From Opitutus sp. GAS368 (GTDB lineage Bacteria; Verrucomicrobiota; Verrucomicrobiia; Opitutales; Opitutaceae): a stretch of 45,560 nt of DNA. Position 1 is the stretch's first letter; each line of letters opens with the position of its first letter. Below are positions 1 to 11,282 of this stretch, piece after piece. The stretch covers positions 1-45,560 of the forward strand of contig CAMAVZ010000016.1 in assembly GCA_945861645.1 (NCBI GenBank), in the 5' to 3' direction. The notes under the pieces were generated by a model. It was not told the origin of the DNA. It ran no database searches and saw only the letters and a list, made by a program, of their open reading frames with translations. A program made the position numbers and the translations under genes.

Positions 1-350
1 CCATCCATTGGGTTAAGGGCCCTCATGGTGTATTTCTCGGGATCTAAGCGGAATTGCTGCGCGTATATTTCGTTAAAATAAACCGGATCCTTCAACCGTT
101 TAAGGTCTACGGTTTGGCGCCGAATCACCCGCTTCGCTGGATAAATGCCACAAATTGCATGGGCGTAACCGGTCGAGCCCCTCCCCGCATTACCCTTAAC
201 CCACTCAGCGATCGCACCCGGATCAACAGTGGGCAGCTCTTTTAGCTCCTCAATGACTGTGATCTCGCCCGCGCGCGTGAATCTAGCCAATAGCGTAGAG
301 TGCTCGCCGATTTCGACGCAAAAAAAGTGGGAGCGAGTGGCAAAAAACAT
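1..350 (-). CDS. Partial CDS running off the left edge; conserved-looking hypothetical protein, possibly PilM-like (type IV pilus/T2SS assembly)
   Basis: Manual translation from ATG at 350, with no stop to the edge: MFFATRSHFFCVEIGEHSTLLARFTRAGEITVIEELKELPTVDPGAIAEWVKGNAGRGSTGYAHAICGIYPAKRVIRRQTVDLKRLKDPVYFNEIYAQQFRLDPEKYTMRALNPMD... An AT-rich intergenic region lies upstream. The PilM-like call rests on recalled resemblance only (N-terminal hydrophobic-E-I-G strand, later QQFR helix). Confidence 0.7.
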   Translation of the reverse strand, partial: MFFATRSHFFCVEIGEHSTLLARFTRAGEITVIEELKELPTVDPGAIAEWVKGNAGRGSTGYAHAICGIYPAKRVIRRQTVDLKRLKDPVYFNEIYAQQFRLDPEKYTMRALNPMD

Positions 351-531
351 GCGTGATTAAAATAAAAAACGTATCTTAGCAAATTGTATGCATTTCTACC
401 GGACAAACAAAAAAAAATGCAAGCTCCATCATCAGGAGCCTCTCGCCACCCTCCGATCAACCGATTCAATCGCGATCATCAATCTCTAAATATTATTCAA
501 AAACAATAACTTAGCTGATTTTAATTATGAT

Positions 532-561
532 AAAAAGCCCGCCAACATCAATTGGCGGGCT
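532..561 (-). terminator. Rho-independent terminator after the bS22 gene
   Basis: Stem GCCCGCCAA (537-545) / TTGGCGGGC (552-560); AAAAA at 532-536 gives a U-tract on the minus strand. Confidence 0.8.
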
Positions 562-590
562 GGGTGAAATTCGCTAAAATTTAGCCGCAA

Positions 591-692
591 CTACTTCTGC
601 CAAGTGCGCTTCTTGTGGCGGTTAGCCTTGAGGCGCTTCCGGCGTTTGTGTTTCGACATCTTGAGACGTCGTTTCTTTTTGAGATTACCCAT
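591..692 (-). CDS. 30S ribosomal protein bS22-like (AURKAIP1/COX24 domain) small basic protein, 33 aa
   Basis: ATG(692)..TAG(591) encodes [33 protein letters not shown]. The K/R-rich [23 protein letters not shown] pattern matches bS22/mS38 proteins. It has its own terminator and is below the ORF-track cutoff. Confidence 0.88.
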   Translation of the reverse strand: MGNLKKKRRLKMSKHKRRKRLKANRHKKRTWQK

Positions 693-755
693 GGTGTTAG
701 AGAGTGGTTTAGCGGCGAAACGTGCAACTGGGCTGGCGCGGTGTAAAGCGTGAAG

Positions 756-3700
756 TTATACCGATTGTGGCACCATTACTAAACTAGGCCCCACGGTAAG
801 GACTAAAGAACACTCGACCTGGGCCAGAGGAAGGCCAGTTAAAATCGCGGCAACCCGTCGGTAAAGGTTAAGCTGACCCGCGTGCTTTGCCACCGCGGCC
901 CGGCCGTCCTCACTCGACCCAGACCGGTCAGTCTTAAAATCAATCACCCAGGCACTCGTCGCTCGCCCCGCCGCATCGCGCGCGACAAGAACGCGATCAA
1001 ACACGCCGGTTAACCACACGCCATCGAGGATAATTTCGAAAGTCCGCTCCCGCCAAACCTCAGCATAATTTTCCTCCGATCGAAACACGGTTGCCAGCTG
1101 GGGGTGATGCAAATTGCGCCACACTTCCGCCAAAGCCACCGAGGAAGCCCCCTCGCGCTGGCGCGCAGCCAGCCAAGCAGCGGCCGCCGATTCATGCCAC
1201 CATTCTACCGTCTCAAATAGCGCATGTACCTTAGTCCCAAAATCAGCGGCCCCCGATCCTGCCGCCGCAAATAATCGCACTGACTCTCCCTTGGCATGAG
1301 CATCCGAAGGCCGGCGCGAGGGCAAGCGCACCACCCGCCGGACGCTCGCAGGAGCAAGTGGCGCCAATGCCGCTGGAGCTAACTTACCCTTGGTCACGAC
1401 TAATCCCTCATACCATGCTGGGTCACCCATCGCCCAAGTATCTCCTAAAGTTTGCTCGAGCAATTTAGGGAAATTTTTCGACTTTGAGGCGCCCACCGGC
1501 TCAGCAATCACGTACATCGCCCGCTTGGCCCGGGTCATCGCTACATAAAATTTGCACATCGACTCATAGGCCGCATCTGCTCTCCGGGCGGCGACGTGCG
1601 CCCGCAAGACTTCATCTGCCTCGTAAAAAATCGCGCTGGGTAAATCGAGCACCCATTCAATTTGGCGATCGTCCGACCTTTGCACCGCCAACCCCTCGCG
1701 CATCTCGTCCATCGTGCGGCCTTGAATATCAGGCAAAATTACTAATTCAAAACCAAGCCCTTTAGCCGCATGAATCGTCAACACCCGCACCACCCCCGCC
1801 GTATCAACTTCACGGACCGTATAATTTTCCGCCCACCCTAAAAATTCGGCGACATCCCGCTGCCCAGTTTGATCAAATTCCTGCGCCGCCTCCACCAATT
1901 GACGTCCGCGTAGTTGGCTAAATCCATCATTCGCCGCCAAGCTTGGCTGCAAGGCGCGCAACCAGCGGTCAATCGTCACCGCAAAACCGTCCGCGTGAAG
2001 TTCAGCCAATAATCGGGCTGTGAGTTCAGCAGGAGTATCAATCCCCGCCGTGCGCAAAAGCGCCGCTAGCGGCGTCATGGCGAGATGTTCGGCCGCAAAG
2101 GTGTCCCCCGGATGCGCCGCCAAACGCAAGAGCGCCAGCAACGCGGTCGTCAGCGGATTATCGAGGGCAATCTGCCGATCACTTTCTGCCACCGCTGGCA
2201 ACCCGCCCACCCGCCGCAAATAATCGGCGAGGCGCGCGCCCGTGTCATTTTTTTGCACAATAACCGCGACACTCAAACCGCGGCGACCTGGCTCCACCTT
2301 TTGCAAAATGCGCAGAGTCTCGGCGAATCGACCCTCCTCGTCGTTCGCCGGCAACAACTCAGCGTACCCCCCCAGCTCCGGCTTTGCGCTGGTATGCTCG
2401 CGCCACTCCCCAGCCCAACGCGTCGCAGCGGCCACGGGGATCAGGGCCCGCCAAGCCTGCGCAGCGCCGAAGACCCGATTGACCATCGAGATCACGGCGG
2501 GACCGGAGCGCCAGGAATCCGTCAAATAACGCTCCGCAATTGCCCCGGGCGCCGCCTGATTATAGTGCTCAAATATTTGCCGGAAAAGCCGAGCATCACC
2601 TTCGCGCCAGGCAAAAATCGCCTGCTTCACATCCCCCACATAAAATAAACTACGCCGATGCTCAGCATCCTGCACGGCCTCATCGAGTAAGTTACGCAAA
2701 ATAGTCCACTGCGTGTAACTTGTATCCTGGAATTCGTCTAACAGCCAGTGGTCAAATTTTGCATCCAGTCGCCAATCGATCAACAAACGGCCACCCCCGA
2801 CCGCTTGACTCAGCATCGGGCGATCGCCGTCAGGCCGCAGCAAGCGCTGCACATCGGCAAAGGTTAGCTGACCCTTGCGCCGGACGGCTTCATGGTAGGC
2901 TAAATCATAGCTTTCCAGGACCGTAAAAATTCCGCGCGTCTGCTCTAAATTTTTCGCTAGCTGCACCCCCACCACCAGCCGAATGGCGGCGACTAAGGCT
3001 GCACTGGCGGCCACTCCGAATAATACTTTTTTTCGATCAATGGTAATTTCGGCCCGCCCCGCGCGTAATTCCCGCCAAACGGCGAGCGCATTTTTTAAAA
3101 GATACGCCAGCGGCGCAGCCAAAGGCGCTCCGGGCGGCCAAGCCACCAACTCAGTTAGGAAATCCTCCAATTTCACGCGCTGACCATCTTCAAGCGCAGA
3201 CCACGGCAAGACGGCGCGCAACTGGCTCGCGACCGCTCCTTGCTCCCCGAGCGGCGCTAACCATTCCGAGCCTTGGGGCCAAATTTGCGCCACCCCGCCC
3301 CACTGAGCCGCGACAGGAACTTCGAGAAACACCTCGGCGTATTGCTGCAACCAACCATCGAGCTGACGCGTCAGCTGCTTTTCGTCCGCCCCAAAAGTAG
3401 CGCGTTTATAAGCCTCGATAAATGCCCGCTGGGCCGCACTGAGCGCGCCGTTCGCCGCAAATAATTGCTGCTGCACGCGCCGCTGCTCACGGCGAACAGC
3501 TGAAGCTTGCAGCAGAGTGAAATCCCCCCCCAAACCCAATTCCAGAGGGAACGATCGCACAATGCGGGCAAAAAATCCGTCGAGGGTCCCTAAATTTAAC
3601 CGCGGCATCGCCTCCACCACCGACCGCAGCATCCGCCGAAAATCAGCCGAGCCTAAGCTCGGCGCCTCGATGGCGATGGCCAGTCTGCGCGCCGTCGCTT

Positions 3701-3896
3701 CATCAGCAGCGGCCTGCGCGAGCTTCCGGAGGATTTCATCAAAAAATTCTCCCGCCGCCTTGCGGGTAAAAGTCAGCGCCACGATGCGCTCCGGAGCCGC
3801 GCCGTTGGCTAAGAGCTGCACAAATCGATTGGTGAGTGCATAAGTTTTCCCCGAGCCCGCCGAGGCAAGAATCATAACATGACCGGGGGTCTTCAT
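756..3896 (-). CDS. addA: AddA/RecB-like ATP-dependent helicase-nuclease (UvrD-type SF1A helicase plus C-terminal PD-(D/E)XK nuclease)
   Basis: Walker A ASAGSGKT, LTFTRKAA, DEFQDT, VGDVKQAIFAWR, TIHAAKGLGF, YVAMTRAK; nuclease motifs GVFDRV, IDFKTD, QLNLY. Start placed at ATG 3896, which overlaps the upstream stop (ATGA). Confidence 0.9.
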   Translation of the reverse strand: MKTPGHVMILASAGSGKTYALTNRFVQLLANGAAPERIVALTFTRKAAGEFFDEILRKLAQAAADEATARRLAIAIEAPSLGSADFRRMLRSVVEAMPRLNLGTLDGFFARIVRSFPLELGLGGDFTLLQASAVRREQRRVQQQLFAANGALSAAQRAFIEAYKRATFGADEKQLTRQLDGWLQQYAEVFLEVPVAAQWGGVAQIWPQGSEWLAPLGEQGAVASQLRAVLPWSALEDGQRVKLEDFLTELVAWPPGAPLAAPLAYLLKNALAVWRELRAGRAEITIDRKKVLFGVAASAALVAAIRLVVGVQLAKNLEQTRGIFTVLESYDLAYHEAVRRKGQLTFADVQRLLRPDGDRPMLSQAVGGGRLLIDWRLDAKFDHWLLDEFQDTSYTQWTILRNLLDEAVQDAEHRRSLFYVGDVKQAIFAWREGDARLFRQIFEHYNQAAPGAIAERYLTDSWRSGPAVISMVNRVFGAAQAWRALIPVAAATRWAGEWREHTSAKPELGGYAELLPANDEEGRFAETLRILQKVEPGRRGLSVAVIVQKNDTGARLADYLRRVGGLPAVAESDRQIALDNPLTTALLALLRLAAHPGDTFAAEHLAMTPLAALLRTAGIDTPAELTARLLAELHADGFAVTIDRWLRALQPSLAANDGFSQLRGRQLVEAAQEFDQTGQRDVAEFLGWAENYTVREVDTAGVVRVLTIHAAKGLGFELVILPDIQGRTMDEMREGLAVQRSDDRQIEWVLDLPSAIFYEADEVLRAHVAARRADAAYESMCKFYVAMTRAKRAMYVIAEPVGASKSKNFPKLLEQTLGDTWAMGDPAWYEGLVVTKGKLAPAALAPLAPASVRRVVRLPSRRPSDAHAKGESVRLFAAAGSGAADFGTKVHALFETVEWWHESAAAAWLAARQREGASSVALAEVWRNLHHPQLATVFRSEENYAEVWRERTFEIILDGVWLTGVFDRVLVARDAAGRATSAWVIDFKTDRSGSSEDGRAAVAKHAGQLNLYRRVAAILTGLPLAQVECSLVLTVGPSLVMVPQSV

Positions 3897-6682
3897 CGCC
3901 CCCCTCCCGCTAACGCATCCGCGGCGACACTCGCGGCCGTTCCATGATGAAATAGTGTACCCCAATCACGATCCGCCCCTGCTTTTAATTCTGCCGGCGG
4001 CCAAAATTGTCCAGCCGCCACGGCGGCCACAAGGTGCATGGCGCAGGCCTCGGCCGAGCGCTGTACATCCGGCGTATAATCCGTCCAGGCACTAATCGCC
4101 GTGGCGCCAACCCCTTTAGGTAAATTAAAATAGCCACAGGCCACGGCTGGCCCAAAGGCTGGCGCCAAATTTAACCGATAGAGCGGCAGTTGCAGATCTA
4201 GCCACGCCCGCTCTTTACCGTTAATACTAAGGCGGGCCCACTGCGGACTCGTCGCGTTCACCGGCCCCCAATGCGCCTGCGCAGGGGTAAGGGGAGTGTC
4301 GGAGGTCTTGTAGTCCAAGACCCGCACGCGACCGTCGATATGCCGGTCAAGGCGGTCGATTTTTCCTCCGACCATGAGTCCACTAAGCGACAGATTAAAG
4401 GGCTGCTCGACTGCTTCAATTCGCCAGCCGGCGGCAAACTCCGCCGCCTGCACTGCGGCCGCCTGACGCAAACGCTGACGAGCCGACTCAAATTGAATCA
4501 CCAAAGGGAGCGTCAATTCACGACCATAATGAGCGCGAATTTTCCCTTCTAAAGTCGCGAGCAACGCCTCACGCAGAACTGCTTCTTCCCCGCAGGTGCG
4601 CAATTTTTCATCATCACCCCACACGCGGAGGGCTTCATGCAGGAGGTTGCCAAAATCGCGGGCATCAAGTTCAGCCTTTTCCAGATCCAAGGCCGCCATC
4701 CGGCGCACCCGTCGTAAATAAAAACGAAACGGACACTGGAGGTAATCGCGGAAAGCGGTGACAGATATATTTTTCAGCGGCGGCGCCACCGTCGGCTGCA
4801 ATGGCCAAGCGCGCGTCCACGGTAAACTCGCCTGCGTCGCCACCACTTTATCAAAAAGAAATTCTATGCGCGCCGGGAGGTCAGCATCCGCGCAGCGCAG
4901 CAAGAGCCGCGACGGCCGCAACGGATCCCCGGCCAGCGAAACTTTGCCCAGCAAGATTTCCAATCGTCCGGCCGGGGCGCGCGCAGCCCCCAAGGCGGCC
5001 AATAGATAAGCATCCCGCGCAAAACGGCGCCCATTAGTTTTTAACCCCAGCCGCTCGCGCAAGGCTTCCGGCAAAAAAGCATCGCCAGGAACAACATCAG
5101 GGACGCGACCATCGTTAAGCCCGGCGACGACCAAATGCGGGGCATCCTCCCACAATAATTCAAGCCAACCGTTTAATTCGAGAGCGCCGGCTAATTTGTC
5201 AGTAAAGCCCACGCTTTCGGCGAAGTGGGCCAAAGCAAATTCCCAGCTCTCCGCGGGCGTTAAATCAGGAAAAATTCTCAAGGCGCCGGCAACTTCCTCA
5301 GCCACTTCCACCCACGCCGCGGCCGACGCTACTAGCGGTTCAGCAGATTGAACGGCACGGACCGCAAATAATTTTTCTAATAACTGCAGGCAATTTTGCG
5401 GAAACACTCCTTGTTGCAACTCGCGCTGCAATCCGGCCAGCTGCGCTAACGCCTCCGCGGCCAGCGAAGATTTTTTCGCATAGCTCCGCGCGGCGGCGAG
5501 CGTCGGGGGCAAATGCTCTGCCTGGAGGGCATCCCATTCGCGCAGTAAGGTGGCGCCGGAGAAATCTGCCCCGCTCTGGGCCGCCAGCCAATCGAGCAGC
5601 GCGGGGCAACGCAGCAGTGCGGCGCTCGTCGCGCAGGTATCACTGCGCGCGAATTCCGCCAAGAGGCTCAATAACGCATAGAGGCCATCTTGCCGGCGCG
5701 GGCGACCCTCGGGATTGAACGCCGCCACGCCGGCACAGCTGAGACCATGCGCCAGCGGTGCTAAAATCTCCGCATCGGCGATGCCCAGAGCGAGCCCCCC
5801 GTCAGAGATCACATAACGCTGCGCCAGCGCCACGAGCTGGCCGGCTTGGGCGGCGGGATCTAGGCAGAGTCGCACCCGCTGTTCAAAATCAGCCCCCCCC
5901 AGCTCCCGCTGGGTCCAAACCTCGACCCGCGGCCGGCCCCATTCATCAAAAAGCGCCGTTACTGACTCATCCGCGGGACCAAACACTCCAATTTCAACCG
6001 GCAATTGTGCGGCCAATAAAGTAAGCATGCGACTCGCCAGTGGTAGCGGGTCAGGCGTTCCGAGCATAATAATTTTCTTAATCCCAGGGGGTAAAATTGG
6101 CTGAAGCGCGCAATCTAATTTGGCGGCCTGCGCATCCCGTAATTGCTGGGCAGCCAGCACCGCCGCATACTGCTGCTCCAAATCTGCTAATTGCCGCCAG
6201 CGTTCTGCCTCAGGAAAATCCGGGCCCGCCTGCGACGCAACCCCGCCAATCGGCAAACCAACTTCAGCGAGCGTCGACTGCAGATGCAATAGCTGGTCGG
6301 CCAAGCGGCGCGCCCAAGCAAAATCACGCACCGGAGGATCGATCGGAAATACGGCGCGGAATTCTGCGAGCGGCACTCGGCGTAACACTCGAATCCAAGC
6401 CAATTGGCTGGCCAGTCGCATCGCCACCCCGACAGATGATGCGCTCAGTGTCGCGAGCGTTTCCGGCAAGACCACGCGCGGAGAAAAAACGGCCTGCCCG
6501 CGCGCGCCCGCATGCGCCGCCAAAGCCTCCCGGAGCCGGCGCCCCGACTGCCGTGTGGGCACAACGACCAAAAGATGCGCGAGATCAAGCGGCCCAGCAC
6601 CCTCCCAGTCCGCAGCGAGCCAGGCCACCGCTTGTCCCAGCAACGGACGATCCCAGGGCAAAAGATGCAGACGAGCCTTCAT
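3893..6682 (-). CDS. addB: AddB-like subunit (inactive helicase-like fold plus PD-(D/E)XK nuclease)
   Basis: VVVPT..GRRLRE N-terminus, SVTAFRDYLQCPFRFYL, GNLLHEAL, GKIDRLD, LDYKTS, QLPLY; translationally coupled to the AddA-like gene. Confidence 0.85.
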   Translation of the reverse strand: MKARLHLLPWDRPLLGQAVAWLAADWEGAGPLDLAHLLVVVPTRQSGRRLREALAAHAGARGQAVFSPRVVLPETLATLSASSVGVAMRLASQLAWIRVLRRVPLAEFRAVFPIDPPVRDFAWARRLADQLLHLQSTLAEVGLPIGGVASQAGPDFPEAERWRQLADLEQQYAAVLAAQQLRDAQAAKLDCALQPILPPGIKKIIMLGTPDPLPLASRMLTLLAAQLPVEIGVFGPADESVTALFDEWGRPRVEVWTQRELGGADFEQRVRLCLDPAAQAGQLVALAQRYVISDGGLALGIADAEILAPLAHGLSCAGVAAFNPEGRPRRQDGLYALLSLLAEFARSDTCATSAALLRCPALLDWLAAQSGADFSGATLLREWDALQAEHLPPTLAAARSYAKKSSLAAEALAQLAGLQRELQQGVFPQNCLQLLEKLFAVRAVQSAEPLVASAAAWVEVAEEVAGALRIFPDLTPAESWEFALAHFAESVGFTDKLAGALELNGWLELLWEDAPHLVVAGLNDGRVPDVVPGDAFLPEALRERLGLKTNGRRFARDAYLLAALGAARAPAGRLEILLGKVSLAGDPLRPSRLLLRCADADLPARIEFLFDKVVATQASLPWTRAWPLQPTVAPPLKNISVTAFRDYLQCPFRFYLRRVRRMAALDLEKAELDARDFGNLLHEALRVWGDDEKLRTCGEEAVLREALLATLEGKIRAHYGRELTLPLVIQFESARQRLRQAAAVQAAEFAAGWRIEAVEQPFNLSLSGLMVGGKIDRLDRHIDGRVRVLDYKTSDTPLTPAQAHWGPVNATSPQWARLSINGKERAWLDLQLPLYRLNLAPAFGPAVACGYFNLPKGVGATAISAWTDYTPDVQRSAEACAMHLVAAVAAGQFWPPAELKAGADRDWGTLFHHGTAASVAADALAGGGR

Positions 6683-6765
6683 TCCAAGTGTTCGCGATGA
6701 ACACGAAATATCACGCCGGGCTCAACTTGTTTTCGCAATTTTCGGCCCCGTCGCCTGCTCGGCAC

Positions 6766-6796
6766 AAAAAACCCCGTGGCGGTTAGGCGCACGGGG
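6766..6796 (-). terminator. Rho-independent terminator after rpsT
   Basis: Stem CCCCGTG (6772-6778) / CACGGGG (6790-6796) with A6 at 6766-6771. Confidence 0.7.
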
Positions 6797-6819
6797 CAGA
6801 GTAATTCGATGAAGTCGGC

Positions 6820-7086
6820 TTACTTTTTGGCGACAAAAATATACTTAGCGCATTGCGCCTTATGATTGGAAGCTGAGTTCCGATGAATGACGTCGGCCTT
6901 GACGGCTCGGTCGAGCGCGGAGCAGTAGGCAATGGCAGTCGCCCGGGTTACCTCGGCATCAGTGCCGGCGGCCGCCTTTTGGACGGCTTTAGCGAGGGTC
7001 TTGAGCCGAGTCTTGGTGGCTTGGTTACGGGCCGCGTTGCGGATGGATTTGCGGGCGGCTTTGATCGCGGACTTAGTGTTGGCCAT
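6820..7086 (-). CDS. rpsT: 30S ribosomal protein S20
   Basis: MANTKSAIKAARKS..N...KTRLKT and LDRAVKADVIHRNSASNHK are typical bS20 motifs. Confidence 0.97.
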   Translation of the reverse strand: MANTKSAIKAARKSIRNAARNQATKTRLKTLAKAVQKAAAGTDAEVTRATAIAYCSALDRAVKADVIHRNSASNHKAQCAKYIFVAKK

Positions 7087-7184
7087 AGGTCTTAAATAGG
7101 TTGGAAGGGGCTAAAACTCAGAGGCAGGCCAGTGAGTCAAGGGAGAATTCTTCCCCCGCTGCCACCCGCGACTGGGCTATCAGC

Positions 7185-7216
7185 AAAACGCGCCACCTGG
7201 GCAGGGGTGGCGCGTT
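7185..7216 (-). terminator. Terminator downstream of rnpB
   Basis: 11-bp stem AACGCGCCACC (7187-7197) / GGTGGCGCGTT (7206-7216) with an A-tract at 7185-7188. Confidence 0.75.
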
Positions 7217-7227
7217 ACTCAAAAGAA

Positions 7228-7700
7228 CTTAGTTTTGGGGCCGATAAGCCGAATTCTGTCCGCCGCGGTATTACTGCGGCGTGATCTTCATTTCTCTCAG
7301 GCCACCCGAAAGTGACCTGCCCCACCGTTGCTTGGCTTGCGCCAAACACGCTGGGGTGCGACTAACCCGGGACTATCCGACGGGCCACCGAGTCCCCTAT
7401 TTAGTCTTGCACCGGATTGGGTTTTTCGTGCCGCCGTCATTACTTTCGGCGCGGTGGGCTCTTACCCCACCTTTTCACCCTTACCTGCAGCGCCTCACCT
7501 TGCGGTGCATCGCCTCAGGCGGTATATTCTCTGTGACACTATCCGTCACGACGCCTTGAAGCGCCGCGCCCCCTCTTTCGCGGGGAATCCTGCCCTGTGG
7601 TGTCCGGACTTTCCTCTCCGAACTATCTTTAGCGGGCGCGGCATTACCCGCGCCTTGGGATCAAAGAACTTCGGAGCGAAGACCTGGCCCCAAAACTAAG
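7228..7700 (-). ncRNA. rnpB: RNase P RNA, bacterial class A
   Basis: The minus strand carries GAGGAAAGUCCGGAC (CR-I), ACAGAGAAUAUACCGCC, GGUAAGGGUGAAAAGGUGGGGUAAGAGCCCACC and ACAGAAUUCGGCUUA (CR-V). P1 is formed by a perfect 15-bp inverted repeat, 7228-7242 / 7686-7700. The mature ends may be a few nt shorter. Confidence 0.97.
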
Positions 7701-8403
7701 ACTGCCAATACACTATACGCCCGCATTGGTCGCAAGTGGTAATTTCCAGTCCTGCGCGCGCTTGGACCACGATATGGGTCGGCACCTTAAGATGACAACC
7801 GCCGCAGCGGTCGCCATTTACCGTTACGCACACGGGGTGACCGGGCTTACGGGCGACCCGGTCATAGATTCTCAAGCTGGGCTCAGGCACAAGCGGCCGC
7901 GCGGCGTCCACCGCCACTTGGGCTGATTGGACATCGACCAACAATTGTTTCGCGCGCTCTTGTAGCGTGCGGATCCTCCCCTCATGGCCGGAAATATTTT
8001 GCTTCAACTCAGTCTCCGCCGCCGCGAATCGTTGCTTGGCCTCATCACTGAGCAGCATCACCCCAATTTCCTGCTCTTCTAACCCACCGATACTTTGTTC
8101 GGTAGTCTCAATTTCGTGCGTCAAAGCCTGATACTCATCATTTTTCCTCACCTGACTTTGCTGCGTCTTATATTTGGCGATCTTTTCCTCGGCGATCTTG
8201 ATTTCAATTTCGAGCAGCTTCTTTTTTGACTCTAGCCCGTGCCACTCAGCCTTAGCGGCCTCAATGGCAGTTCGCTCAGCCGCAATTTTGGACTCCACCG
8301 CCGTGATCTCGCGCGGGACCCCGTTGAGCTGTTGCTCGAAAGCCAATCGCTGGCTGTCGCGTTCCTGGAGCACCAACAATTTTTCCAGACTAAATACGGC
8401 CAT
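7696..8403 (-). CDS. Coiled-coil C4-type zinc-ribbon protein (DUF164/CT398-like)
   Basis: LLVLQERDS start, long coiled coil with KNDEYQALTHEIE, C-terminal CGGCHL...CDQCGRIVY. Confidence 0.9.
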   Translation of the reverse strand: MAVFSLEKLLVLQERDSQRLAFEQQLNGVPREITAVESKIAAERTAIEAAKAEWHGLESKKKLLEIEIKIAEEKIAKYKTQQSQVRKNDEYQALTHEIETTEQSIGGLEEQEIGVMLLSDEAKQRFAAAETELKQNISGHEGRIRTLQERAKQLLVDVQSAQVAVDAARPLVPEPSLRIYDRVARKPGHPVCVTVNGDRCGGCHLKVPTHIVVQARAGLEITTCDQCGRIVYWQS

Positions 8404-8647
8404 GTTGTGGTCACTGTGCGGGGGCGCTCGGTCCGGTCAAATGAATCTGTCCCGACGCCGTGACAAAATAAAAACCCCGCACCAAAGGCACTCTTTATTC
8501 GATGAAAAATTGACCGACCCAGAGCACTGAAAAATGACCTATTTTGATCATGTTTTTAATCACTGCACTCCAATGAGTTAAAATATCGTTATTTGCCATC
8601 AAAATACCCTGATTTTTGCATAGAAAAACGTTGTCGTGTAGCACGGC

Positions 8648-11196
<2,549 letters not shown>

Positions 11197-11282
11197 AATG
11201 GTCCCGGGCGAGAGGTCATAGGCTATCGGTTTAGCCCAGCGACCGAAACCCGTCACTTACCCATCACCCCTCATTTTTCCCT

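Noticed and set aside
9..203. 11-bp inverted repeat TGGGTTAAGGG / CCCTTAACCCA enclosing about 195 nt with inner pairings, initially suggesting 6S RNA
   Set aside because: It lies wholly inside the convincing minus-strand CDS starting at 350, and the fold is branched rather than a 6S-like rod.
54..469. Track ORFs 54..245 (+) and 242..469 (-)
   Set aside because: They are shadow frames of the real minus-strand gene and its promoter region, with no recognisable motifs.
7281..7699. Plus-strand ORFs 7281..7559 and 7328..7699
   Set aside because: They are antisense to RNase P RNA.
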